Assembly: GCF_026626745.1 (NCBI RefSeq)
Contig: NZ_JAPNJW010000001.1
Span: 652,311 to 716,310, forward strand
Source of the DNA: Nannocystis sp. RBIL2
GTDB taxonomy: Bacteria; Myxococcota_A; Polyangia; Nannocystales; Nannocystaceae
Direction: 5' to 3'
DNA: 64,000 nucleotides
A program made the position numbers and the translations under genes. Of this stretch, positions 51,804 through 61,532 are shown in pieces (position 1 is the first letter of the stretch; each line of letters starts with the position of its first letter). The notes under the pieces are model-generated. The model was not told the DNA's origin and made no database searches. It saw only the letters and a list, made by a program, of their open reading frames with translations.

Positions 51804-53150
51804 ATGTTCGCTTCGAACCCGTTCGCGCCGCGCCGTCGCTCGCAAGGCACGGGTCGAAGCCTGGTGCTCCTCCTCGTCCTCCTCGCGGCCTGCCGACGCA
51901 GCACCGAGACCACGGCTCCTGCCAGCGTCGACGCCCCGCAGGACAAGCCGACGAGCGAGCTGCGGCGGACCTACGACCTCCCGCCCGCCGACGCCCCCTG
52001 GACCGCGCAGGACTATCAAAAAGTCCGCGACGCCTTCGTCCGCCTCGAGCGCGAGCGCCCCGAGCTGCTGCCGCGGCTCGACGGACCCGACGGCGAATGG
52101 CTCCGGCGCCTCGTCGCCCTCGACGGCATCGAGGCCGCCGTCCGGAGCACCACCGGCCCCGACGAGCTCACCGCATTGCACCTGGCCCTCGCCGACATCC
52201 TTCAGCTCTACGCCGCCCGGGCCCTCACGCGCGGCGAATACGGACACGAGTACCTCGCCGTCGCCGCGGCCTTTTTCAAAGAGTCCGCCCTTCGCATCGA
52301 CCGGCTCACAAGTGACGACGCCTCTCGCCGCACCTTCGTCGAGGCCCGCTTTCACCTCGCGCGCGGCGTCCACGACGTCCTCGCCAGCGCCCTCTCCCTC
52401 CCGGACACCATCGATCCCGCTGTCGCGGTCGCCACCTTCGGCCCGCTCGGCGACCTCCTCGCTCCGTGGTTCCTCCCCGAGGAGCGCGACCGGATCCTCG
52501 ACCTCGCCGATCGCCTCGCCGCAGTCGACGTCCCCCCCGCCGAGCTCGCCGCCCTGCGCACCGCCTTCGCCCCCGATCGCGAGCCCCACCCGCGCGTCGA
52601 CGCGCTCGCCGAAGAGCTCCGCGAGCACCTCGAGCAGCAGGAGGCCGTGCTCGCCGCGGTCGCGGCCGGGGCGCTCCAGCCGGTCGAGGTCGGGCGCGAG
52701 GGCTCGCAGGTCCGCTGGGCCTTCCCCGACGTCGGCTTCTCTGCCGTCTTCCCCCGGCGGCCCAACGCGCAGCGCCAGAGCTTCACCACCGCCGACGGCG
52801 TGGCCATGACCACCCGCATGCTCGCGCTCAAGCAGCCCGGCGACCTCTCGCGGCTCGTCACCTGCAGCGCGCGCGCCAGGCCGATCGCCGGCCGCACGCC
52901 CGCCGACGAGCTGCGCGGGATCGCCGACACCATGCGCCTCCAGGGCGTGCGTGCGCTCGACGTCGAGGGCACCGCCGGCCTCGAGGGCACCCTCACCACC
53001 GACAATGCCCACGGCCTCGTCCGCGTCGTCACCGTCGCCGACGCCACCTGCGTGATCGTCGGCGAAGTCCCGCGAGCGCAGGCCCGCGAGCGCGCCGACG
53101 AGCTGCGCCGCTTCGTCGATTCGTTCCGCCCGGTCTCCAGCGGCCGCTGA
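51804..53150 (+). CDS. hypothetical lipoprotein
   Basis: MFASNPFAPRRRSQGTGRSLVLLLVLLAACR lipobox. Trimmed from the 991-aa ORF 50175..53150, whose N-terminus is junk. Confidence 0.55.
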   Translation: MFASNPFAPRRRSQGTGRSLVLLLVLLAACRRSTETTAPASVDAPQDKPTSELRRTYDLPPADAPWTAQDYQKVRDAFVRLERERPELLPRLDGPDGEWLRRLVALDGIEAAVRSTTGPDELTALHLALADILQLYAARALTRGEYGHEYLAVAAAFFKESALRIDRLTSDDASRRTFVEARFHLARGVHDVLASALSLPDTIDPAVAVATFGPLGDLLAPWFLPEERDRILDLADRLAAVDVPPAELAALRTAFAPDREPHPRVDALAEELREHLEQQEAVLAAVAAGALQPVEVGREGSQVRWAFPDVGFSAVFPRRPNAQRQSFTTADGVAMTTRMLALKQPGDLSRLVTCSARARPIAGRTPADELRGIADTMRLQGVRALDVEGTAGLEGTLTTDNAHGLVRVVTVADATCVIVGEVPRAQARERADELRRFVDSFRPVSSGR

Positions 53151-53173
53151 CTGGCCCCGCCCCTCCGCTCGAG

Positions 53174-53243
53174 CTTGTCCTCGGGGACATGCCCGATCGA
53201 GCATGTCCATGAGACCATGTTCGAGAGGACATGCCCGCCATCG
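53174..53243 (+). repeat. CATGYCC-family array, 5 units at 14-bp period
   Basis: TTG 53174, then CAT at 53188/53202/53216/53230. Confidence 0.85.
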
Positions 53244-53381
53244 CCGTGCTTCGCAGCGCAGGCCCCGAAGATTCGACGCGTCAACGTCCCTCGCTCGAGC
53301 CACCCCGCCGTCCACGCGTGGACGCCTGCGTATGGCGGCCTCCAGACCTCCGCGCCATTCACGCATCCCTCACATTTAATT

Positions 53382-53410
53382 TTGACAGCGCAGTCAAGAA
53401 CGCTTAGCTT
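53382..53410 (+). promoter_or_regulatory. TTGACA-N17-TAGCTT promoter that contains the palindrome TTGACagcgcaGTCAA (candidate TetR operator); it would give a leaderless tetR mRNA
   Basis: Seen in the sequence. The -35 hexamer is part of a 5-bp-arm inverted repeat. The ATG of the TetR gene lies 8 nt after the -10. Confidence 0.45.
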
Positions 53411-53417
53411 TCCAGCC

Positions 53418-54020
53418 ATGCCCCGGCCACGCGAGTTCGATCGAGACGAGGCCATCGAGCGGGCCATGGCCGTGTTCTGGGAGCACGGCTTCGACGGCAC
53501 CTCGACCGAGCAGCTCCTCCAGGCCATGGGGATCGGGCGCCAGAGCATGTACGCCGCCTTCGGCGACAAGCACGGCCTCTACCTCGCCGCGCTGGAGCGC
53601 TACCAGGCGCGTCAGGGCGCCGACCTGCTGGAGCGGCTACGAGCCGTCGCCTCGCCGCTGGGCGCGATCGAGGACATCCTGCTCGGCGTGGCCGGAGACA
53701 CCGCCGAGGGGCGGTCGCGCGGCTGTTTCGGCATCCAGTCGATCATCGAGATGGCCGGGCGCGACCCCGAGGTCGTGACCCTGGCCCGCAGCGCCACCGC
53801 CCTGTGCGAGGCCGCCTTCGAGCGCATGGTCGCCGAGGCCAAGCGCCGCGGCGAGGTCGGCGCGCACGTCGACGAGCGCAGCGCCGGCCGCTTCCTCCTC
53901 TCCACCCTGCAAGGCCTGCGGGTCAGCGCCCGCACGGGCGCCGCGCCCGAGGCCCTGCGGGCCGTCGCCGGCTTCGCCATCGCCGCCCTCCGGGCCGCGC
54001 CGCCCTCCACCAGTTCTTGA
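53418..54020 (+). CDS. TetR/AcrR-family transcriptional regulator
   Basis: N-terminal HTH (TSTEQLLQAMGIGRQSMYAAFGDKHGLYL). Trimmed from ORF 53175. Confidence 0.8.
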   Translation: MPRPREFDRDEAIERAMAVFWEHGFDGTSTEQLLQAMGIGRQSMYAAFGDKHGLYLAALERYQARQGADLLERLRAVASPLGAIEDILLGVAGDTAEGRSRGCFGIQSIIEMAGRDPEVVTLARSATALCEAAFERMVAEAKRRGEVGAHVDERSAGRFLLSTLQGLRVSARTGAAPEALRAVAGFAIAALRAAPPSTSS

Positions 54021-54043
54021 CTACATAGTCCACAACCTATCGC

Positions 54044-54216
54044 CCCTGGCAACCTGCGACGCACCGCGTGAGCGGCCGTCGTCGACTGCACCGTTCCCAA
54101 CTCACCGCTCGTGACAGCCCGCGACGCACCGCACGAGCGGCCGTCGTCGACCGCATCGTCCACAACCCATCGTGACAGTCCGCGACGCGCCGCCCGGGGC
54201 GGCCGTCGTCGACAGG
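54044..54216 (+). repeat. three direct ~46-bp repeats (core GCGACGCRCCGCNNGRGCGGCCGTCGTCGAC) with ~61-66 bp period between tetR and the AKR gene
   Basis: Seen in the sequence at 54044..54089, 54110..54155 and 54171..54216. Confidence 0.6.
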
Positions 54217-54227
54217 AGTGATTCGCC

Positions 54228-55313
54228 ATGTCTCTCGATCAGTACTACCTGCTCGGCCGCTCCGGCCTGCGGGTCAGCCCGTTCGCGCTCGGCACCTTGA
54301 CCTTCGGCACCGACGGCCCGTACGGCGCCTGGGGCTCGAGCAAGCAGGCCGCGCGCGCCGTGTTCGACCGCTACCTCGCGGCCGGCGGCAACTTCATCGA
54401 CACCGCCGACCTGTACACCCGCGGCACCAGCGAGTCGCTGCTGGGCGAGTTCATCGCCGACGGCAACCGCGATCGCCTCGTGCTCACCAGCAAGTACAGC
54501 TACAACCTCGCCGAGCGCGACCCCAACGCCGGCGGCAACGGCCGCAAGAACATGATCCGCGCGCTCGAGGCCTCGCTGAAGCGCCTGCGGACCGACTACC
54601 TCGATCTCTACCTGCTCCACACCTGGGACCGGATCACCCCCGCCGAGGAGGTCGTGCGCGCCTTCGACGACCTCGTGCGCGCCGGCAAGATCCGCTACGC
54701 CGGCCTGTCCGACGTCCCCGCCTGGTACGCCGCGCGGGCCCATACCTACGCCGAGGCTCATGCCCTCGCGCCGATCGTCAACCTGCAGCTGCAGTACTCG
54801 CTGGTCGAGCGCGGCATCGAGGCCGAGTTCACCTCGCTCGCCACCAACCTCGGCATGGGCATCACCGCCTGGAGTCCGCTCGCCAGCGGCCTCCTGTCGG
54901 GCAAGTACCGCCCCAACAGCGACGGCGGCAGCGGCAGGCTCAGCACCGGCACTGGCAAGTCGCTCAGCCTCTTCACCGAGCGCAACTGGCAGATCGTCGG
55001 CGCGCTCGAGGCAGTCGCCGGCGAGCTCGGGCGCAGCATGGCCCAGGTCGCGCTGCAGTGGGTGCTCACGCGTCCGGGCGTCACCTCGGTGATCCTCGGC
55101 GCCACGCGGCCGGAGCAGCTCGAGGACAACCTCGGCGCGCTCGACCTCCAGATCCCGCCCGAGCTCCTGCGTCGCCTCGACGAGGCCAGCGCGCCGCCCG
55201 TCACCACCCCGTACGCGATGTTCGGCGACCGCTACCAGGCCGCGGTGCACGGCGCCGCAGTCAGCGATCGCCCGCCCGCCTTTGCCCCGCCGGTCCGCGT
55301 CAGCCTCGGGTGA
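54228..55313 (+). CDS. aldo/keto reductase family oxidoreductase
   Basis: SD AGGAGTG. AKR motifs are present (LGTLTFG, NFIDTADLY, LDLYLLHTWD). Confidence 0.85.
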   Translation: MSLDQYYLLGRSGLRVSPFALGTLTFGTDGPYGAWGSSKQAARAVFDRYLAAGGNFIDTADLYTRGTSESLLGEFIADGNRDRLVLTSKYSYNLAERDPNAGGNGRKNMIRALEASLKRLRTDYLDLYLLHTWDRITPAEEVVRAFDDLVRAGKIRYAGLSDVPAWYAARAHTYAEAHALAPIVNLQLQYSLVERGIEAEFTSLATNLGMGITAWSPLASGLLSGKYRPNSDGGSGRLSTGTGKSLSLFTERNWQIVGALEAVAGELGRSMAQVALQWVLTRPGVTSVILGATRPEQLEDNLGALDLQIPPELLRRLDEASAPPVTTPYAMFGDRYQAAVHGAAVSDRPPAFAPPVRVSLG

Positions 55314-55503
55314 AATCATTCGTGTCGGTCGAGGTGGGCCGTCGCCGCGGAACGTCGATTACCGCGGCGCACGGCCGTCGCCCGCGACCCGGGCGAGCCG
55401 CCGACGGGCACGACGAACCACCACGAATCGCACCGGTTCGCGGCGTCATCGATCGCCGCGCGGAATCGTCGCCCCGTGCACCGACGTGGTACCTCTCGTC
55501 GCC

Positions 55504-56004
55504 ATGGGATTCTTCGACAAGGCCAAGCAGTTCCTCGGCGGCAAGAACATGGCGAGCGTCGCCATCACCGTCATCGAGCGTCAACCGGCGGAGACCGCCA
55601 CCTTCCCGGTCACCGACTCGGTCCTCAAGGGCACGATGGTGATCACCGCGCAGCAGGAGTGCACCTTGCTGGCGACCAAGTACGAGGTGTGGCTGTACAT
55701 CAAGAAGGACGACATCGACTCGCCGAACCTCGCCCGCGCCGAGAAGGATCCCGATCCGAACGTCAGCTACTCGGACAGCTGCCTCAAGATGCCCTGCGAC
55801 CTCAAGCCCGGGCAGGTCATCACCCAGCCGTGGCTGGTGAGCGAGGTCGACCTCGCCGGCATCCTCGCGCGCAACGGCTTCCCCGATCCGAACGCCGCCA
55901 CGCGTGATCCGCGGGTGCGGCTCGTCGTCAAATGCATCGCCGACGTCAAGGGCTCGCCCTTCGATCCGAGCGCAGAGGTCACCGTCCGCCTCGCGCCGAC
56001 CTGA
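55504..56004 (+). CDS. hypothetical protein
   Basis: MGFFDKAKQFLGG..., diverse composition. Trimmed from ORF 55282. Confidence 0.5.
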   Translation: MGFFDKAKQFLGGKNMASVAITVIERQPAETATFPVTDSVLKGTMVITAQQECTLLATKYEVWLYIKKDDIDSPNLARAEKDPDPNVSYSDSCLKMPCDLKPGQVITQPWLVSEVDLAGILARNGFPDPNAATRDPRVRLVVKCIADVKGSPFDPSAEVTVRLAPT

Positions 56005-56072
56005 ATCGCGCGCGCCGGCACATGGGCCGCGCGCGCCCCTGCGCGCCGGCCCGTGGCACATTCGCCGGCACG

Positions 56073-56678
56073 ATGAACATCGACCTCGCCAAATTTTTGT
56101 CCGTCGCCGCCCTCATGAGCCAGGGCGTCGCCACAGCCGGCTGCACGATCAACCTCGGCGGTCTCTCCGATACCAACATCGGCCCCGAGACGACCACGAC
56201 CGAGAGCACCGCCGGCACCACGGACGACACGACCAGCACCGGCACGGCGGGCGAGACGACCGACGGCACCGACACCGGCACCAGCGCGCCGACGACCACC
56301 GAAACCCCGACCAGCACCACCGAGGCCACCGCGGGCACCACCGAGGCCACCGCGGGCACCACCGGCGAGGGCTTCGTCTGCAGCGACGGTACCGCACTCG
56401 AGAACCCGGCGTGGGTCTGCGACGAGAACCCCGACTGTCCTGACGGCTCCGACGAGGTCAGCGGCTGCGGCCTCGAGGCCTTCACCTGCACCGACAAGAA
56501 GGAGATCCCCGCGACCTGGGCCTGCGACGAGGTCCCCGACTGCCTCGACAACTCCGACGAGGTCACCGGCTGCGGCCTCGAGGCCTTCCTCTGCACCAAC
56601 GGCACCGAGATCCCGGCGACCTGGAAGTGCGACATGGCCGACGACTGCCCCGACGGCGCCGACGAGGCCGACTGCTGA
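56073..56678 (+). CDS. lipoprotein with three LDL-receptor class A (LDLa) repeats
   Basis: Lipobox (ATAGC) and a Thr-rich linker, followed by 3 LDLa-like units (C.DG..IP..W.CD...DC.DGSDE). Confidence 0.65.
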   Translation: MNIDLAKFLSVAALMSQGVATAGCTINLGGLSDTNIGPETTTTESTAGTTDDTTSTGTAGETTDGTDTGTSAPTTTETPTSTTEATAGTTEATAGTTGEGFVCSDGTALENPAWVCDENPDCPDGSDEVSGCGLEAFTCTDKKEIPATWACDEVPDCLDNSDEVTGCGLEAFLCTNGTEIPATWKCDMADDCPDGADEADC

Positions 56679-56688
56679 GATGATTGTA

Positions 56689-56782
56689 TGGACATGCCCG
56701 AAAGGGCATGTCACCCGCGCGGCCGCCCCCGGCGACCTGAAAATCCACATGACCTCTCGGTCATGTCCCTTCAGGCACATGC
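56689..56782 (+). repeat. two hairpin-forming sub-arrays: GGACATGCCC-GAAA-GGGCATGTCA (56689..56713) and ACATGACC-TCTC-GGTCATGT (56747..56766), plus a further unit
   Basis: Perfect 10-bp and 8-bp stems seen in the sequence, lying between convergent genes. Confidence 0.85.
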
Positions 56783-57963
56783 CAACCTTCGACGAGCCGC
56801 CGCACCTCAGCGACGTCGGAGAACGGCCGCGTCTGCCCGCGCGCCGTCTGCCCCTCCTCGTGGCCCTTGCCGGCGATCACCACCACGTCGCCAGCCCCGG
56901 CCGCCGCGACCGCCTCGGCGATCGCCCGCCCGCGGTCGAGAACGATCGACCACCCCGCGCGACCGCCCTGCAGCCCTTCCACCACTGCGGCCGCGATCGC
57001 CTCCGGCGCCTCGTCGCGCGGGTTGTCGCTCGTCACCAGCGCCACGTCGGCCAGCGCGCCGACTGCCGCGCCCATCGGCGCGCGCTTCTCTGGCGTCGAG
57101 TTGCCACCTGCGCCGAACACCACCAACACTCGCCCCTGCGGCCCCGCCAGCCGCCGCGCCGTCGCGCACGTATGCGTCAGCGCGTCGGGCGAGTGCGCAT
57201 AGTCGACCGCGATCGTCGGCCGGCCAGGCCCGTGGGCCAGCACTTCGAAGCGTCCCGGCACGATCGGGCACTCGGCGATCCCGCGCGCCACCGCCTCGCC
57301 CGGCAGCCCGGCCGCGAGCCCCGCGAGCGCGGCCGTCAGCGCGTTCTCGGCGAACACCTCGCCCACCATCCTCGTAAAGAGCGCCCCGCCGAGCGCAGTC
57401 GCGGCCGGCGACGGGCGCAGCACCACCCGCGTCCCGGTCGCCTCGACCTCGATCGCCTCGGCCTCGAGGTCCGCCGCGCGCAGCCGCGGCCCGCGACCTG
57501 GCGCCGCGAACCACCGCCGCTCCACGTCGGCGGGGATCGCCTGGTCGACGAACAGCGCGTGCTTGTCGGCCGCGTTGAGCACCGCCACGCGTCCGGGCCC
57601 CAGGTGCATGAACAGCTGGGCCTTGGCCGCCAGGTAGTGCTCCCAGCTGCCGTGCGTGCCGAAGTGATCGACCGACAAGTTGGTAAACACCCCGAGGTCG
57701 AACCGCCAGCTGCGCGCGTAGCCCTGCGCCAGCGCGTGGCTGGTGGTCTCGATCACCGCGTGCCTGGCCCCGCGCTCGTGCGCCCGCGCGAGCGTGGCCA
57801 CGAAGTCGGTGAACCGCTTGCCGCGCGGCCACGCCTCGTCGTCGAACGCGACCCCGAGCGTCGACACCCGCAGCACCGACATCCCGGCCGCCCGCACCGC
57901 CGCCGCCAGCATCCACGTCGTCGAAGTCTTGCCGTTGGTGCCGGTGACCCCGAACGAGAACAT
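56761..57963 (-). CDS. Mur ligase family protein (MurE-like, lacking the N-terminal domain)
   Basis: GVTGTNGKTST P-loop two residues after the start, plus DYAHSPDAL and GKGHE motifs. GGAG lies 8 nt upstream of ATG 57963. Confidence 0.65.
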   Translation of the reverse strand: MFSFGVTGTNGKTSTTWMLAAAVRAAGMSVLRVSTLGVAFDDEAWPRGKRFTDFVATLARAHERGARHAVIETTSHALAQGYARSWRFDLGVFTNLSVDHFGTHGSWEHYLAAKAQLFMHLGPGRVAVLNAADKHALFVDQAIPADVERRWFAAPGRGPRLRAADLEAEAIEVEATGTRVVLRPSPAATALGGALFTRMVGEVFAENALTAALAGLAAGLPGEAVARGIAECPIVPGRFEVLAHGPGRPTIAVDYAHSPDALTHTCATARRLAGPQGRVLVVFGAGGNSTPEKRAPMGAAVGALADVALVTSDNPRDEAPEAIAAAVVEGLQGGRAGWSIVLDRGRAIAEAVAAAGAGDVVVIAGKGHEEGQTARGQTRPFSDVAEVRRLVEGWHVPEGT

Positions 57964-58135
57964 CGACTCCGCCCACGGAGCCGCCGCCGGCACCGGCCGC
58001 GAGACGCTCGTCACCCGGCGAGCATACCCGGACCGCCGACGCTCGTCTCGCGCGAGGCCCGAGCGCAGCGCTCGCACGCAGCGGCATCACCCGCGTGCGC
58101 GGCCACGACCCAGCTCCCGGGCGCTTCAGCGGCGT

Positions 58136-58219
58136 CCAACATGCCCATTCGAGCATGCTCTATTAAACATGCCCCGGCAGACATGCCCTTCCGAGCATGC
58201 CCGATCGTTCATGTTGCCG
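58136..58219 (+). repeat. CATGYCC-family array, 6 units at exact 14-bp period (includes the AT-rich unit CTCTATTAAACATGCCCC), between trpF and the Mur ligase gene
   Basis: CAT at 58140/58154/58168/58182/58196/58210. Confidence 0.9.
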
Positions 58220-58838
58220 CGCGACAGGCCGCCAGCAGCGCCACGATCGCCGCGCGGTCCTTCTCTCCGCGGCGCGCCCCCGCCAGCTCCGTCCCGCTGG
58301 CGACGTCGAGCCCGGCCGGGCGGACCTGCGCGATCGCCTGCGCCGCGTTCTCCGGCGTGATCCCGCCGGCCAGCCACACCTCGAGCCCTGCGAGCTGCTG
58401 CACCGCCGCCGCGGCCCAGCCCCAGTCGGTCGTCTGGCCTGCCCCGCCGTAGCCGGGCACCGCCGCGTCGAGCAGCGCGCGCGCTGGCCGGGGCTTCGGC
58501 GGCAGCAGTTCGGCCAGGGCAGGCGTGCCGCGGATCACCCACAGGTACGGCAGCCCGTAGCCCGTCACCTCTTCGGCGCCGACGATCTGCACGAGGTCGA
58601 GCGCCAGCGTCTCGGCCGCGCGGCGGACCTCGTCGGCCGACGGCTCGACGAACACTCCCACGCGCTCGAGCGAGCGCGGCGGGTCGACCGCGCGCAGCAG
58701 CGCCTCTGCCTCGGCCAGCGACAGGCCGCGGCGCGACCCGCTCCACAGGTTGATCCCGACCGCGTCGACTCCGAGCTCGACGCAGGCCGCCAGATCCTCG
58801 GCGCGGGTCACCCCGCACACCTTGAGCTTCACCACCAT
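58209..58838 (-). CDS. trpF: phosphoribosylanthranilate isomerase
   Basis: MVVKLKVCGVT start. Trimmed from ORF 58209..58880. Confidence 0.8.
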   Translation of the reverse strand: MVVKLKVCGVTRAEDLAACVELGVDAVGINLWSGSRRGLSLAEAEALLRAVDPPRSLERVGVFVEPSADEVRRAAETLALDLVQIVGAEEVTGYGLPYLWVIRGTPALAELLPPKPRPARALLDAAVPGYGGAGQTTDWGWAAAAVQQLAGLEVWLAGGITPENAAQAIAQVRPAGLDVASGTELAGARRGEKDRAAIVALLAACRAAT

Positions 58839-58891
58839 GCGGGTACCGACCTGTCCTTCTCGCCCTGTCCAGAAGAACATGTCCCCGAAGC
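58832..58891 (+). repeat. CATGYCC/CTGTCC-family array, 4 units, overlapping the trpF start
   Basis: Cores at 58836/58851/58865/58878. Confidence 0.7.
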
Positions 58892-58944
58892 CAGGCGCTG
58901 CGCGCCCTCGCCTCGCCTCGCCGCACCGCGTCTGAAGGCCAGCC

Positions 58945-59751
58945 TCACAGCGCCATCACCAGGTCGCGCAGCGCCTCGCCCGGCTGGTCGGCGGTCATGA
59001 AGTAGCTGCCGATCAGCAGCGCGTCGGCCCCCGAGTCGCGCAGGCGGAGCGCGTCGTCGATGGTCCGGACCCCGCTCTCGGCCACGTACGTGAAGCTCTT
59101 GGGCACGTACTTGCGCAGCTTGGCCGCGCGGTCGGGGTCGAGCTCGAACGTCTGCAGGTCGCGCGAGTTGACCCCGATCAGCTTCGCCCCGGCTGCCATG
59201 GCGCGATCGATCTCCGCCTCGTCGCGGGTCTCGCACAGCACCTGCATCTCGAGCGTGTGGGAGAACTCGATCAGGTTGCGCAGCTGCGGCGCCGGCAGGG
59301 CGGCGACGATCAGCAGCACGCAGTCGGCCCCGACCCGCTTGGCCTCGACGATCTGGGTCTTCTCGAGGATGAAGTCCTTGGCCAGGAGCGGCAGCGCCAC
59401 GCTCTGGCGCACCGTCCGGAGGTCTTCGAGCGAGCCCTGGAAGTGCCGGTCGCACAGCACGCTCATGCAGGTCGCGCCGCCGGCCGCGTAGAGCATCGCG
59501 ATCTGGCGCGCGTCGGCGCCTTCGCGCAGGACGCCGGCGCTGGGCGACGCGCGCTTGAACTCGGCGATGATCCCCGGGCGCGGGCCCTCGCGCAGCGCGC
59601 CGATGAAGTCGCGCGGGCGCGGGAGGCGGGCGCCGAGCTCGATCAGCTCGCGGTCGGTCAGCGCTCCCGAGCGGGTCGCCCGGGGGGCGGCGAGCTCGGC
59701 CCGCTTGGCGGCCAGGATCTTGTCGAGGTACGTGCTGCCTTTGTCGCTCAT
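58945..59751 (-). CDS. trpC: indole-3-glycerol phosphate synthase
   Basis: ILAAKRAEL... and EFKRASPS motifs. Confidence 0.85.
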   Translation of the reverse strand: MSDKGSTYLDKILAAKRAELAAPRATRSGALTDRELIELGARLPRPRDFIGALREGPRPGIIAEFKRASPSAGVLREGADARQIAMLYAAGGATCMSVLCDRHFQGSLEDLRTVRQSVALPLLAKDFILEKTQIVEAKRVGADCVLLIVAALPAPQLRNLIEFSHTLEMQVLCETRDEAEIDRAMAAGAKLIGVNSRDLQTFELDPDRAAKLRKYVPKSFTYVAESGVRTIDDALRLRDSGADALLIGSYFMTADQPGEALRDLVMAL

Positions 59752-59760
59752 GTCCTGCCC

Positions 59761-60828
59761 TCAGGGTAGCGCAGCGCGGCTGGCGGCGACGAGCCGGTCG
59801 AGCACCGCCGCGGCCCGGCCGTCTTCGAGCGCGGCGCCGATCGCCCGCGCCTTGGCCGGCAGCGTCTCGATGCCGTCGTCGCCGGCCGCCAGCAGGGCCA
59901 GCGCCCCGCTGTACTGCACACTTGTACGGTAGGCCCCCGGCTCGCCGGCCAGGACGGCCCGCAGCGCGCTCGCGTTGCCGGCCGCGTCGTCGCCGGCGAT
60001 CGCCGCGATCGGCACCTCCGGCAGCTCGGCGTCGGCCGGGCGCAGCGTGTACGTGCGCAGCGCGCCGCGGTGCCACTCGGCCACCGTGCTCGGCCCCTCG
60101 GGGCTGAGATCGTCGATCCCGGGCCGGTCCGCGCCGGCGAAGAAGCCGTGGACCACGAACACGCGCTCGCTGCCGAGGGCGCCCAGGGCGGCCGCCATCG
60201 CCTCGACCTTGCCCGGGTCGAACACGCCGATCACCTGCCGGCGCACCCCCGCGGGGTTGCACATCGGCCCGACCAGGTTGAACAGGGTGCGCAGCCCCAG
60301 CGCCTTGCGCGGGCCGGCCGCGTGGCGCATCGCCGGGTGCAGGCTGGGCGCGAACATGAAGCCGACGCCGACCTCGTCGACGCACTGGCCGACGCGCTCG
60401 GGCGGCGCAGTGATGTCGACGCCGAGGGCGGCCAGCACGTCGGCCGAGCCGCACGGGCTCGAGATCCCGCGGTTGCCGTGCTTGGCCACCCGCGCCCCGC
60501 AGGCCGCCGCCGCGATCGCCACCGCGGTCGACACGTTGCGTCGGGCCACCCCGCTGCCGCCGGTCCCGCAGGTGTCGATCGCCCCGCCCTCGCGCAGCGG
60601 CACCGGCACCACCGCCTCTCGCATCGCCCGCACCGCGCCCGCGATCACCGGCGCCGTCTCGCCGCGGATCGCCAGGGCCACCAGGAGCCCGCCGATCTGC
60701 GCCGGGTCGGCCGCGCCGGCCACGATCTCGCGGAAGATCGCCAGCGCCTCGGCCTCGTCGAGCGCCTCGGCGCGGACCAGCCGGCCCAGCCCGCGCCGCA
60801 GCGCCTCGTCGTCTGCCCCTTCGGTCAT
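59761..60828 (-). CDS. trpD: anthranilate phosphoribosyltransferase
   Basis: GTGGSG and KHGNRGISSPCGSADVL motifs. Start is trimmed to MTEGADDE at 60828. Confidence 0.85.
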   Translation of the reverse strand: MTEGADDEALRRGLGRLVRAEALDEAEALAIFREIVAGAADPAQIGGLLVALAIRGETAPVIAGAVRAMREAVVPVPLREGGAIDTCGTGGSGVARRNVSTAVAIAAAACGARVAKHGNRGISSPCGSADVLAALGVDITAPPERVGQCVDEVGVGFMFAPSLHPAMRHAAGPRKALGLRTLFNLVGPMCNPAGVRRQVIGVFDPGKVEAMAAALGALGSERVFVVHGFFAGADRPGIDDLSPEGPSTVAEWHRGALRTYTLRPADAELPEVPIAAIAGDDAAGNASALRAVLAGEPGAYRTSVQYSGALALLAAGDDGIETLPAKARAIGAALEDGRAAAVLDRLVAASRAALP

Positions 60829-61532
60829 GTCGTCACCGCCATGTTCGATGGGACAGGTATCTCGAGGAAGGTGCGCAGCATCGCGTGGCCGTGCTCGCTG
60901 AGCACCGACTCGGGGTGGAACTGGACCCCGTGCAGCGGCCGCGTCGCGTGGCGCACGCCCATCAGCTCGCCGGCGTCGGTGCGGGCGTTGGGGATCAGCG
61001 AAGCCGGCAGCGTGCTCTCGACCGCGACCAGGCTGTGGTAGCGCGTGGCCATGAACGGCGACGGCAGCCCGGCGAACACCCCCGTGGCGTCGTGCAGCAT
61101 CGGCGACAGCTTGCCGTGCATGATCCGCCCGGCCCGCTCGACCCGCGCGCCCAGCACCTCGCACAGCGTCTGGTGGCCGAGGCACACCCCGAGCACCGGG
61201 ATCGCCGGCGCGTCGGCCTCGGCCAGCCGGCGGCACAGGTCCTGGCACACCCCGCTCTCGGCCGGCGTACCTGGCCCCGGGGACAGGACGATGTGGCTCG
61301 GCGCGTCGGCCAGCACCTGCTCGAGCTTGACCGCGTCGTTGCGGTGGACGTCGACCACCGCGCCGAGCTGCAGCAGGTACTGCACCAGGTTGAAGGTGAA
61401 CGAGTCGTAGTTGTCGATCACCAGCACGCGGCAGCCTGGCCGCGGCGCGCCGGCCGGTCGCAGGCGTTGGCCGCCGGGCAGCGGCGGGGCCGCGTCGACG
61501 GCAGTGACCGCGGGGTTGTCGTTCGCGCTCAC
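60825..61532 (-). CDS. trpG: anthranilate synthase component II (glutamine amidotransferase)
   Basis: GTG start with SD GGAGGTG, overlapping the trpE stop (GTGA). Motifs VLGVCLGHQ and HPES are present. Confidence 0.8.
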   Translation of the reverse strand: MSANDNPAVTAVDAAPPLPGGQRLRPAGAPRPGCRVLVIDNYDSFTFNLVQYLLQLGAVVDVHRNDAVKLEQVLADAPSHIVLSPGPGTPAESGVCQDLCRRLAEADAPAIPVLGVCLGHQTLCEVLGARVERAGRIMHGKLSPMLHDATGVFAGLPSPFMATRYHSLVAVESTLPASLIPNARTDAGELMGVRHATRPLHGVQFHPESVLSEHGHAMLRTFLEIPVPSNMAVTT

